In this document: positions 1 to 9,316 of the stretch, piece by piece
Layout of the letters: each line of letters begins with the position of its first letter
Numbering within the stretch: the first letter of the stretch is position 1
NCBI GenBank assembly: GCA_963736855.1
Contig: CAVTQK010000021.1
Location: 608,001 to 672,000, forward strand
DNA length: 64,000 nucleotides
DNA from: an uncultured delta proteobacterium
GTDB taxonomy: Bacteria > Desulfobacterota > Desulfobacteria > Desulfobacterales > UBA2156
Direction of reading: 5' to 3'
Notes under the pieces: generated by a model
The model's input: the letters and a program-made list of their open reading frames with translations, nothing else
Told to the model about the DNA's origin: nothing
Databases searched by the model: none
Program-made: the position numbers and the translations under genes

Positions 1-1359
1 AAATGGGGCTTGCGTGGCATATTTGAATAAAAAGGGGTCCCCTGCGGCCAAGGCAATGTCAAGATACGCCGTATTCCCTCCGGTACCGGTCAAAGGAAGA
101 TGGTCAACCGCTCCAGTGAGTTTATTCAGGCTTATTATCTTAGACCGATCGACTCCCGAAGGCGCCCTGGAAAAATCAAACGCGATGCGTATTGTTCCGG
201 GGTCCTCCCGATTGATGGGAATATCCCCGTGGGTGTGCCGGACGTTTTGAACCATGACGTAAAACTCTCCGGAATCGTCTCTAAAAAATCCTGCCAGAAT
301 TTCAAGATATTCATGACCGGGTGCAGGTGCGATGTCGGTGACATACGGATCGCCTCCGGCGCCCCGCGACCATGGCACCGCGCCGGGAGGGATATAATAG
401 CTGGTGGTGGGAACATACCGGACGTCGGTACTGGTCATCTGTGTGATGGCCCTCCCTAAGCGGGTCATCTCCACGTTGATCTGAGCCGCAATCGCCCACA
501 GGCTGGTCTTGGGTGCATTGAAATCGGCTTGCCTGGTGAAAAAAATCGGATCGAGTACATCGTTTTCTGCGATCTGGTAGATAAACCAGGTATGGCCGGT
601 ATATCCATAAACAAGCCCCATGAATGCCTCCCATCGCAAATCCGATTCCGAAATCACATCTTCCCGGTCCGAATAATGGGAATAAAGATAGCGCCAATAG
701 GGTTTGTTGAACCTCAGGCCGGCCCGACGGAATTTTGCAAGATGTTGATATACGCTGCTGGTCCAGGTATAAACATCGTGGCTGATCACATCACCGTCCA
801 TATTCTGCCCATAATATTCGATCATCTGGTCGACCTCCGGTGCCAGAAAAGAAAAATTCATAATCAAAAGAGCGTCTGGGTCATAGGCTCTGATGGCATT
901 GATTCCCGTTTCGCACTGGAAGAATTCGGCCAGGGTCATGGGTTCATCTCCGATCTGGTAACCAATCCTGCCTGCGGCATTTGCAGGATACCCCCCGACC
1001 AACATTCCGTTGGACCGACTGGTGCCGTCCGGTTGCATCCAAGAGACGAAACGAAAACTCGGATTTCCCACGGCAGCCCATGCGTCCATCTCTTCGGGAA
1101 CGCCGTCTTCCCACAGGTGGACGGCATTGGCATAAAACCCGTTGAAATAGTCGTTGACGAAGCGCGCCGGCGGCGGCCCCATGGAAACAGTGAGGCCGCT
1201 GATGAGCATGGGGTTATTTCGGATCCACCGGATTCCGCGGGTGAGTGTCGGCGGTGACCATGGGTCCTCTGATGGGGGGTCATATTCGGTTTCAATGCAT
1301 CCCAAAACTGTCAAAGCAGCCAGCAGAATAGTTGCTTTTATTAAAAACGTTCGAATCAT
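1..1359 (-). CDS. Lipoprotein, possibly glycoside-hydrolase-like (3' end beyond window edge)
   Basis: Manual translation from ATG 1359, preceded by GGGAG: MIRTFLIKATILLAALTVLGC (lipobox), with an internal YQIGDEP motif. Open to position 1. Absent from the ORF track because it is truncated. Confidence 0.75.
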   Translation of the reverse strand, partial: MIRTFLIKATILLAALTVLGCIETEYDPPSEDPWSPPTLTRGIRWIRNNPMLISGLTVSMGPPPARFVNDYFNGFYANAVHLWEDGVPEEMDAWAAVGNPSFRFVSWMQPDGTSRSNGMLVGGYPANAAGRIGYQIGDEPMTLAEFFQCETGINAIRAYDPDALLIMNFSFLAPEVDQMIEYYGQNMDGDVISHDVYTWTSSVYQHLAKFRRAGLRFNKPYWRYLYSHYSDREDVISESDLRWEAFMGLVYGYTGHTWFIYQIAENDVLDPIFFTRQADFNAPKTSLWAIAAQINVEMTRLGRAITQMTSTDVRYVPTTSYYIPPGAVPWSRGAGGDPYVTDIAPAPGHEYLEILAGFFRDDSGEFYVMVQNVRHTHGDIPINREDPGTIRIAFDFSRAPSGVDRSKIISLNKLTGAVDHLPLTGTGGNTAYLDIALAAGDPFLFKYATQAPF

Positions 1360-1392
1360 CTTATCTCCCATATTCTTTTAGGTGCCGAATTT

Positions 1393-1547
1393 TGATGAAA
1401 TCGCAAAAACTCAAAATTCGGATGGCAAAGCAAAAAGTTCAAGTTCAAGGCGTCGCAAATCCCGTGTGATGAGGCGTACTTATCGTACGTCGAAATCGCA
1501 ACGGGATGAAGCGCAACGCAGAAATTGGACTTTTTACGAAGCCATCA
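1393..1547. mobile_element. MITE-like element with imperfect TIRs and ATTT target-site duplication
   Basis: Ends are TGATGAAATCGCAAAAA and TTTTTACGAAGCCATCA. ATTT flanks both sides (1389-1392, 1548-1551). Internal hairpin core. The same ends recur at 30328-30519. Confidence 0.75.
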
Positions 1548-1550
1548 ATT

Positions 1551-4232
1551 TTAAAGAGTCGTTGAGCTCAAGTCGATGGTCAAATCGTACACTCCGGATT
1601 CCCGATTGTATTCCATCGCAAATCCCATCTTTTTTCCAAGTCGCTGCATGTGAATATTTTCCTGCAGAACACCACCCCACACCTTCTCGATGGATCGGCC
1701 CTTGGCAACGCGCAGCGCATGCTCCAGGAGAACGGCACCGATTCCTTTCCCCTGCCATTGATCGGCGATGACGATGGCAAACTCAGCCTGCTTTCCGTCC
1801 GGATGGGAAATAATCCTGGCCACCCCGAGAATCCTCTCCTCTTGTTCTTTTTTTTCCAAAGCCACCAGGGCAACTTCTCTATCGTAGTCGATCTGCGTCA
1901 GTTTTGCCAGCATTTCAGGAGTAATGGTCTTCATATGATAGAAAAACCGATAGTAAATGGTGTTCGGTGAAAGTCTATAAAATAAAGCCTCCAGCAGCGG
2001 GGCATCTTCTGGTATGATGGGCCGAATGAAAAGGGGAATGCCGGTCCGGGTGGTTATGGAGGCCTCCTGATCCTGCGGATACGGACTGATGACCAGATGC
2101 ATCGGCGAAGGTTTGGTGCTTCGTTTCAACACCAGACGGGCATCCAGGGCGTAAGGGATTCCGTCTTTAACCGCCACAGGGTTCATATCGAGTTCGGCGA
2201 TATCAGGAAAATCCATGACGAGCTGGGCCAGCCTTACAAGCATCTCCTCCAAAAGGGCCATGTCTGCAGGAGGGCGATTCCGATAACCTTGCAACAGTCG
2301 GTATGCCCGAGTCTCCTCCATCAGCCTTCGGGCCAGGAGACGATTAAGGGGTGGAAGGCCGATGGCGCGATCCTTGAGGATTTCGGTGAAGATGCCGCCC
2401 AAACCGAACAGGATCACCGGACCGAAATTTTCATCCCGTTTGGCGCCAATCAAGAGTTCGTAATCCGGGCGTACAATGTACGGCTGCAAAGAGACGCCCA
2501 TGACACGGGCATCGGGGTTATAGGCTTTGGCGCCTTGCATGATACGGTGATAGCTCTTCCGGATCTCTTCCGGGCTGTTTAAATCAAGATGAACGCCGTC
2601 GGCTTCCGTTTTGTGAGTGATATCCGGTGAGATCAGCTTCATGACTAAAGGATACCCCAGACTTTCGGCTCTGGATACGGCCTCTGATTCCGACAAAGCG
2701 AACTGTACGGGAGTGACTCGGATGCCGTAAGCCTCCAGAACAGCCTTGGAAGCATCTTCCGTCAGCGTTGGACCCGGGCCGTTCAGGCCGGCGGCAATGA
2801 GGTCGGCAGCCCGATCCTTGTCGCAGGAAATCCTTTTTAAAAAACGCGGCGGGATTTCCATTAGCGTTTCGAGGTTCCTGGAATAGGCAACCATATAAAG
2901 AAACGCTCGGACGGCTTTTTCCGGTGTATCGTAGGTCGGTATGCCGGCCTGGTTCAGGATTTCGATCCCCTTCTCGACACCCTTTCCTCCCATCCACGAC
3001 GTGAAGACCGGGACCTTTTTACCGGAAAGGCTTGTCGCCACCTTTTTTGCAACATCGGCGGGATCGGACAGGGCCAGGGGAACCATAATGACAAGAATAC
3101 CGCCCGGGCTTTCTTCTTTCAGGCAGATTTTCAGAGTTTTCTCGTAGAGGTCTGCAGTGGCATCCCCGATCATGTCGATGGGGTTGTTCCGGCTCCACAA
3201 TGGAGGCAGAACGTCATCCAGCGCTTTCAGGGTCTCAGTACTCATGGAAGCAGGCTCGATACCGTACTGGGCAAGCGCATCGGCAGCCATCACACCCGGT
3301 CCTCCGCCGTTGGTGATGATGACCAGATCGGAACTCCGGGGCCGAACTTGCTTGGCCATCAATTCCGCACAATCGAACAGCTCCTCGAAGGTATCCACCC
3401 GGACAATCCCCGCCCGCTTGAACGCCGCATCGTAGACGGCATCTTCTCCTGCCATGGCGCCGGTGTGGGATGCCGCCGCCCGTGCTCCTGCGGCACTGCG
3501 TCCGGATTTAAGCGCCACAATGGGCTTCACCCGGGATACCGCCCTCGCCGCGCTCATGAACTTCCTGAAGTGGGTCAAGCTTTCGATGTAAAGGAGAATG
3601 CTTTTGACCTTGGGATCGTTTCCCAGATAATCGATGCAGTCTCCGAAATCCACGTCCAGCATGGAACCGATGCTGATAAAATGACTAAAACCGAAGTTTT
3701 CCTGAATGGCCGCATCAAGAATGGCGGCACATAGCGCGCCACTTTGAGAGATAAAAGCAAGGTTCCCGGACTTGGGCATTCCCAAGCTGAAGCTGGCGTT
3801 GAGGTTGAGCGATGGAATGATTATACCGACGCAGTTGGGACCCACGATGCGAAGGTTCCCTTTCCTTGCTTTTTCCCAGATTTTTCCTTCAAGAGCTTCC
3901 CCTTTTTGACCGATTTCTTTTCCTCCCGCCGAAACGATGACCGCCCCTTTCACACCTGCCGTGACACAGGCATCGATCACATCCGGGACGGTTTGCATCG
4001 GAGAAGCGATCAGGGCCATGTCCACAGAGAAACCGATATCCGTGACATTCGGAACGGCTTCTTTTCCAAAAATGGATCGGTGGTTGGGATTGACGGGGAT
4101 CACCGTCCCTTGATATCCACCTTCAATCAGATTTTTCATCAAGGCCCATCCGATTCTCCCTTCCCTTTCGCTGGCACCGACCACGGCGATAGATTCGGGT
4201 TCAAATGTCCGATCCAGGTTAGAAATGCTCAC
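1551..4232 (-). CDS. pat: Bifunctional acetate-CoA ligase family / GNAT protein lysine acetyltransferase (Pat/PatZ type)
   Basis: 893 aa. CoA-binding N-terminus (IAVVGAS, GPNCVG, SQSG, ASHTGAM), ATP-grasp region (HKTE..GV, DMNP) and C-terminal GNAT domain (QWQGKGIG). Confidence 0.9.
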   Translation of the reverse strand: MSISNLDRTFEPESIAVVGASEREGRIGWALMKNLIEGGYQGTVIPVNPNHRSIFGKEAVPNVTDIGFSVDMALIASPMQTVPDVIDACVTAGVKGAVIVSAGGKEIGQKGEALEGKIWEKARKGNLRIVGPNCVGIIIPSLNLNASFSLGMPKSGNLAFISQSGALCAAILDAAIQENFGFSHFISIGSMLDVDFGDCIDYLGNDPKVKSILLYIESLTHFRKFMSAARAVSRVKPIVALKSGRSAAGARAAASHTGAMAGEDAVYDAAFKRAGIVRVDTFEELFDCAELMAKQVRPRSSDLVIITNGGGPGVMAADALAQYGIEPASMSTETLKALDDVLPPLWSRNNPIDMIGDATADLYEKTLKICLKEESPGGILVIMVPLALSDPADVAKKVATSLSGKKVPVFTSWMGGKGVEKGIEILNQAGIPTYDTPEKAVRAFLYMVAYSRNLETLMEIPPRFLKRISCDKDRAADLIAAGLNGPGPTLTEDASKAVLEAYGIRVTPVQFALSESEAVSRAESLGYPLVMKLISPDITHKTEADGVHLDLNSPEEIRKSYHRIMQGAKAYNPDARVMGVSLQPYIVRPDYELLIGAKRDENFGPVILFGLGGIFTEILKDRAIGLPPLNRLLARRLMEETRAYRLLQGYRNRPPADMALLEEMLVRLAQLVMDFPDIAELDMNPVAVKDGIPYALDARLVLKRSTKPSPMHLVISPYPQDQEASITTRTGIPLFIRPIIPEDAPLLEALFYRLSPNTIYYRFFYHMKTITPEMLAKLTQIDYDREVALVALEKKEQEERILGVARIISHPDGKQAEFAIVIADQWQGKGIGAVLLEHALRVAKGRSIEKVWGGVLQENIHMQRLGKKMGFAMEYNRESGVYDLTIDLSSTTL

Positions 4233-4424
4233 GCTTTTTTCCTCCGTATTGATTTAACCGGAATATTTCCTCGGCCTGTAAAAATTAGGCACCGCTTCAG
4301 GAACATGTCAAATGTTCTGTTTCGCGTCAAGGGATTCCCTTCTTGTCCCAGCTTTAAAAAAAAGATATGGAAAACACATTGGTTTACAAAAGAACTCATT
4401 CGTTCACGCTTCTGGGGTAATCGT

Positions 4425-6119
4425 ATGGAGTTGTGGTCGGTTCTAGCTGAAATTCTTCTTCTGGTAGGACTTGCCCTTGCCTTTGGCACGCTTTCCAAAA
4501 GGCTCCGGCAAAGCCCCATCATCGGCTACTTGGCTGCCGGTGTCGTCGCCGGCCCCATCCTCTTTAATAAAGACGCCGTCACCACCATGGCAGAACTCGG
4601 TATCGATTTGATGCTCTTTTCCATCGGGTTGGAATTTTCCGTTAACCGCCTGAAAGCCATGGGCTCCCGGATCCTCGGTGCCGGTGTCTTACAGATCGTC
4701 CTGACGTCCCTGCTCTTTGTCCCATTGCTTTTTCTGGCCTTCCCCCTGGGCCTATCCTTGACGCTGGGCATCCTCTTGTCGTTCAGTTCAACGGCTGTTG
4801 TGCTCAGAGTCCTGATTGAAAACACCATGCTGGATTCGGTTCGCGGAAGAATCGCATTGGCCATTCTTCTGGTTCAGGACCTGGCAGTGGTACCGTTTCT
4901 GCTGATCTTGTCATTTTTCAGCCCTGCATCCCAGGAAAGCTATGTCCTGATTCAGGCGGCAAAGACTGTTGCCGGTGCCGCGGGCCTGATTTTCATATTT
5001 TATCTTGCGTTTTACCAGATGATACCGAAACTCATGATGACCCGCGGGTTTTTTACGGAACGCGAGTTGGTGGTGCTCCTGGCGATCCTTTCAGCCTTAG
5101 GGGCCATCTGGGGTGCCCACGCCCTCGGCTTATCAGCGGCTTTGGGTGCGTTCATTGCCGGTATGCTGCTGGGGGAATCTCCCTTTGCTTCCCAGATCCG
5201 TTCGGATATCGGATCCATCCGTATCCTGTTTTTGACACTCTTTTTTACTTCCATCGGTATGTTACTCGATCCCCGCTGGATGCTCTCTCATATCCATCTG
5301 GTTGCGATTTCGACCCTCCTCATTTTTTTTATTAAGACCCTTGCGGCCTCCGGAAGCGCCCTTTTCGCCGGCCTCACCCGGAGCCAGGCTCTGGCTACCG
5401 GGATCACTCTGGCTCAGATCGGTGAATTTTCGCTGGTCGCCGCCTCTACTGCTGCTCAAAATCGGATCATCGGGGAAGAGACCCTCACATTTGTCGTCGG
5501 CGTGACCGTCCTGTCTTTGTTCCTGACACCTTATATGGTGGTCTATGCCCAGCCTCTTGCCGGCTTTTTAATAAAAAGTCTCGCCGGTGAAAGATCTATA
5601 CCTGAAGAAGAATCCCGATCCGGCGCACCTGATATGATTTGCGGTATCTGCATTATCGGCTTCGGGCCTGCCGGCCGGCGTGTCGCCGAGGCGCTGATGA
5701 AAAAAAACCGGCATCCGGAGATCATCGAGCTGAACCCCAACAGCGCCAAGAAAGCTCAAGATATGGGATTAATTGTCCATCAGGGAGACGCCACTTCCTT
5801 AGATTTCGTTAAACATTGCAGAATCGAGGGGTTCCGGGTGGTGGTCATCGCCATTCCCGATCCGTCCTCGGCGCAGACCCTCATCCGCCATGTGCGGACC
5901 CTTTCTTCCGACTGCATCATCGTCGTGCGCGCCCGGTACGACATCAGCTGCCAGTCCCTTAAAGCGGCCGGAGCCGATGTCCTGGTCAATGAAGAACATC
6001 TTGTCGGGGAAAAGTTGGCCGAAGCGCTATCAGCCGTTATGGAGAAAGACGGGGCGTGGGAAATGGCCTGTGGCATCGCCGGATCGCATGCGGGACCAAA
6101 GCCTTCTCAGGAGAACTGA
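4425..6119 (+). CDS. CPA2-family (Kef-type) cation:proton antiporter with C-terminal TrkA-N domain
   Basis: Motifs AELG..LMLFSIGLEFS, SSTAVV, QDLAVV, QIGEFS and TrkA-N IIGFGPAG. Start moved to ATG 4425; the ORF-track extension overlaps pat on the opposite strand. Confidence 0.88.
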   Translation: MELWSVLAEILLLVGLALAFGTLSKRLRQSPIIGYLAAGVVAGPILFNKDAVTTMAELGIDLMLFSIGLEFSVNRLKAMGSRILGAGVLQIVLTSLLFVPLLFLAFPLGLSLTLGILLSFSSTAVVLRVLIENTMLDSVRGRIALAILLVQDLAVVPFLLILSFFSPASQESYVLIQAAKTVAGAAGLIFIFYLAFYQMIPKLMMTRGFFTERELVVLLAILSALGAIWGAHALGLSAALGAFIAGMLLGESPFASQIRSDIGSIRILFLTLFFTSIGMLLDPRWMLSHIHLVAISTLLIFFIKTLAASGSALFAGLTRSQALATGITLAQIGEFSLVAASTAAQNRIIGEETLTFVVGVTVLSLFLTPYMVVYAQPLAGFLIKSLAGERSIPEEESRSGAPDMICGICIIGFGPAGRRVAEALMKKNRHPEIIELNPNSAKKAQDMGLIVHQGDATSLDFVKHCRIEGFRVVVIAIPDPSSAQTLIRHVRTLSSDCIIVVRARYDISCQSLKAAGADVLVNEEHLVGEKLAEALSAVMEKDGAWEMACGIAGSHAGPKPSQEN

Positions 6120-6139
6120 AGGCGAGCTCCTGAAAAGAT

Positions 6140-7381
6140 TTAATCCGCTTTTGAGAGATGGTCGCGGATGTTTCCCATCCCTTCCAGTCGAAATCTCTTT
6201 TTGCGGCCATAGGTTTCTACCATATCACAAGCTATCCGATTCTTTTCGATTTGTTCCGGAGCGATTTCGGTCCGGAAACCGACGTAAAACGGCCCCAGCT
6301 TTATGGCTTTGCCCCGGTATGTCTCATGAATCTGGGTGAACGGATGGGCGAAAAGCCAGCGCATCTGCATGGCTTCCAGCGAGCCTTCAGGCATTTTGTC
6401 GAAAAACTCCTCCAGTTCCCGAATATCTTCATCGATGAGGTTGTCCCATCCGAGTATAAAATTTCCATTGACCCGGATTCCATGTGAAACACAAAGCTGT
6501 AAGGTTTCGATCATTTCCTCTTTATCGAATCCTTTCCTCATATAACGCAGCATCCGATTGGAAGGAAATTCCACCCCGATACCGACCATCATATCGGGAA
6601 ATTCCCTTGTTGCGCTATCCAAAACCTCTTTCAGGGCAATATTCTCCGGCCTTGCAGGCCGCATAAATACCCGATATTCCAAGTCGTTCCTTACTGGAAG
6701 CTTCGGGAAAAGGGTGCGGATATGGGCGGGAGTCAGAGATCCCGTATTCAATCGGATGATCTTCTTTCCTGCATGATCAATCTCTTTGAATTCGAAATTA
6801 AAAATATCTCTTTTTCTCGCTAAGGTGCTGTCATGATGGGCAATGTTGCAATAGATGCACTTCCGCCAGTAGCAACGGTTGTCCAAGGTGTACGATAAAT
6901 AGATCGGACTGGTCGTCGGCACCGCCTCGGGGACGTCCAGTCTCCATTTTCCGGAAAAATTGGGGACGTCGAACCAATCTTCCACGCTCTTTCCGGTGAT
7001 GGTGAGGTTGGTTGGAAATACCGTTCCGGGTTCCAACTGAAAGTATATGGGATCCCACCCATTGCGTCCGCTGCATTGTTCGGCTGCCACGGGTCCCCCC
7101 ACCACGAAGCGGATCTTCGGATAAAGCCCGGCCCATACATGCGCCTGGTAGAGATGGTTCAGGTATACGGCCGAAATATAGACCGTTCCCTCATCGATGG
7201 GAAGCGCTCTTCCTGTATAGGTGGACTCATCATACCATTGATCGATATCGTTTTCATGGGTCATCCAGAAAAAAACTCCACGAGCCTTGCAAATGTCATA
7301 GGCGTCTGAAAATCCATTGCACAGGTCATAGTATGAATCCTTGACCGGATTATAAAATTGCAAAAAAATCATTTCGTTCAT
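6140..7381 (-). CDS. Radical SAM protein (B12-binding-domain-like N-terminus)
   Basis: 413 aa. CxxxCxxC (CYWRKCIYC), VVGGP, GVEFPSNRML..MRKG and GNFILG motifs. Confidence 0.75.
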   Translation of the reverse strand: MNEMIFLQFYNPVKDSYYDLCNGFSDAYDICKARGVFFWMTHENDIDQWYDESTYTGRALPIDEGTVYISAVYLNHLYQAHVWAGLYPKIRFVVGGPVAAEQCSGRNGWDPIYFQLEPGTVFPTNLTITGKSVEDWFDVPNFSGKWRLDVPEAVPTTSPIYLSYTLDNRCYWRKCIYCNIAHHDSTLARKRDIFNFEFKEIDHAGKKIIRLNTGSLTPAHIRTLFPKLPVRNDLEYRVFMRPARPENIALKEVLDSATREFPDMMVGIGVEFPSNRMLRYMRKGFDKEEMIETLQLCVSHGIRVNGNFILGWDNLIDEDIRELEEFFDKMPEGSLEAMQMRWLFAHPFTQIHETYRGKAIKLGPFYVGFRTEIAPEQIEKNRIACDMVETYGRKKRFRLEGMGNIRDHLSKAD

Positions 7382-7475
7382 CCGTTGATTTCCTTTCTTT
7401 GAGCATTAACATACACACTAATGACGCAATAAACCGAATCAAGTCAATTTTAAAAAAATAGAGGGAAAAAGAATA

Positions 7476-7867
7476 ATGAACCATTCCCCTATGATCAGAG
7501 CCGAACTGGCCGTAACATGGGCAGAAAAGGATGCCGCGCATCGGGATCGAACCTTTGTTCGCACAATCAATTTCTGATCCGTCCCATCGAGGTCTTTTCA
7601 GATATCGCCCGTATCCTGAAACCGGGGGGAATTTTCGTGAATACGTTTTCGGATCGATGGTTTTCGCCCAAGGTGATCACCCTCTGGGAAGAATTGCATC
7701 CCTTCGAACGGATGGGACTTATCCTTGAATACATGAGAAAAACCGGCCGATTTTTCGATCTTCATACCGAATCTATCCGAGGTGACATTCGGCCTCCGGA
7801 TGATAAATACGCCGGCGTCAAGGCAGACTCCGATCCGGTCTTTGCCGTATGGGGAAAACGCAAATAG
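7476..7867 (+). pseudogene. SAM-dependent methyltransferase-domain gene with a large internal deletion
   Basis: N-terminal stub MNHSPMIRAELAVTWAEKDAAHRDRTFVRTINF* (7476-7577) is joined out of frame to the C-terminus (ARILKPGG..FSDRWF..VWGKRK*). Confidence 0.65.
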
Positions 7868-8118
7868 CCCTATGGGGCTCCGGATTTCTTCCGAACGCCC
7901 CGGTATTTCAGCATGAGAGAGGATCTGAAGTCGGAGCCCACAGGCATTTGGTCAACCTGGAAAAAGACGACTCTAGAATCACTTCGGCTGTCTCCAGCGC
8001 TTCACGAGACTTGAATCCAGACCCCAGAGCCTGAAAAAGGGCATCGTGCCGGGATACAGCACACCCCAGTTTCTCATATGCAATCGGATTTCATGGCTTT
8101 CACCGCCCCGGAATTTTC
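7680..8118 (+). repeat. Left direct repeat (copy of 12402-12934, lacking ~95 bp)
   Basis: Base-by-base match to 12402-12934. Contains the methyltransferase 3' end and the 3' end of the Cys-rich gene. Confidence 0.95.
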
Positions 8119-8120
8119 AT

Positions 8121-8335
8121 GTCCAGTTGGTTGAGAAGCCGGCCTGACAAAGTTAGCCGACCGTCAGAATAGAGTTTTGCATTCATTCGGGTACCATATG
8201 AGTGAAGCGTAAACAGGGTGACAGCAGGCCGTAATGCGAAATGGGTGAAGGCGTTCAGCCTCGAAAACGTTTATGTTGTGGAGTAAGCCCAAGTGATTAA
8301 GAACACTGACCAAACCAACCTGAAATATCGCTGTT
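8121..8335 (+). ncRNA. Group II intron domain I fragment (5' half remnant)
   Basis: Motif string AGTTTTGC..TGAAGCGTAAACAG..GCAGGCCGTAA..GTGAAGGCGTTCAGCCTCGAAA, recognised as typical of bacterial group II intron domain I. No GUGYG 5' end seen. Confidence 0.55.
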
Positions 8336-9310
8336 GCAATTCAACCGGCTACGCAGGTGGTTTGTCGAAACGGTGAATTGTATCGGATATTGAAGGCCTT
8401 TATATCAAAAAAGCCGCCTCTTTGTAAGAAACGAGTTGCGAGGAATTTATCGACATCCGGGCTTTGGAACGGCTTTTCCGGCACCATGTGCTTACGATGC
8501 TTCTGGACAAAGGCAAGATCACAAAAGACATGATTGCCCTGTTGAATAAATGGCGGCATACCGGATTCAACGTGTACGGCGGCCCGAAAATCCTCCCCTG
8601 GCAAAAGGTGTCCATGGAAAACCTGGCCCGGTACATCATCCGGGCATCGTTTTCCCAAAAGCGCATGACCTATGTTCCGGAAGCGGGGACGGTGATCTAT
8701 CAATCCAAAGACGGCCGACACACAAAGCAACGCATCCCGCGGCTTGCGCAAAAAAGCCGGGGTGGATGAGATCATCCCTTCCCTGCTCGAGCCCGAAATG
8801 ACCGATAGGGCGTTTCGGAAAAATTGGCCACGCCTGATTCGGAAGGTCTATGAAGTCGATCCGCTGATCTGTCCCAAATGTCAAGGACGAATGCGGGTGG
8901 TCGCGTTCATAGAAGATCCGGATGTGATCCGAAAAATACTCAAACACTTAAACTTGTGGGATCTGAAACGACCACCCAGGCCCGTTGCCCATGCCCCGCC
9001 GTCGGAGGTAAGCCCGACATACGACGAACCCCTCGCACCTTCCACCGATGATTATATCATCGATCCGGTTTATCCCCTGGATTCCTATTTGTAAAAAAAA
9101 CGGCGAAAGATGAAGCGCCGATCTATGCCCGAATCTGCCAAATTAACGGCCATTTCCTGGTTAAATTCCGATTGACAGCTCATCCTCTTTCCGATAATTA
9201 AAACCCGTCCGTCATAAGAAATGCATGCCCCCATATCTTGGGTCGCAGATGATGCCAATATACAATTTATTTTTCCGCTTAATCCGCTTGGAAAAAACGA
9301 CTTCTTATCA
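8336..9310 (+). mobile_element. IS91-family element remnant (internally deleted transposase plus 3' non-coding end)
   Basis: Fragments WRHTGFNV..ENLARYIIRASFSQKRM (8464-8769) and W.RLIRKVYEVDPLICPKC..VIRKILKHL (8744-9094). Boundaries approximate. Confidence 0.8.
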
Positions 9311-9316
9311 TTTCAT

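Noticed and set aside
529..1257. 242-aa plus-strand ORF
   Set aside because: It is the antisense shadow of the minus-strand lipoprotein.
1382..1771. 129-aa ORF starting in the MITE
   Set aside because: It is a translation of the repeat plus the antisense strand of pat, with no protein features.
3744..4424. N-terminal extension of the 791-aa antiporter ORF
   Set aside because: It overlaps pat on the opposite strand. The family-like sequence begins at ATG 4425.
9172..9200. Outward ISCR-type promoter in the IS91 end
   Set aside because: TTGACA is present, but GATAAT is only 15 bp away and the 17-bp alternative is a poor -10 box.
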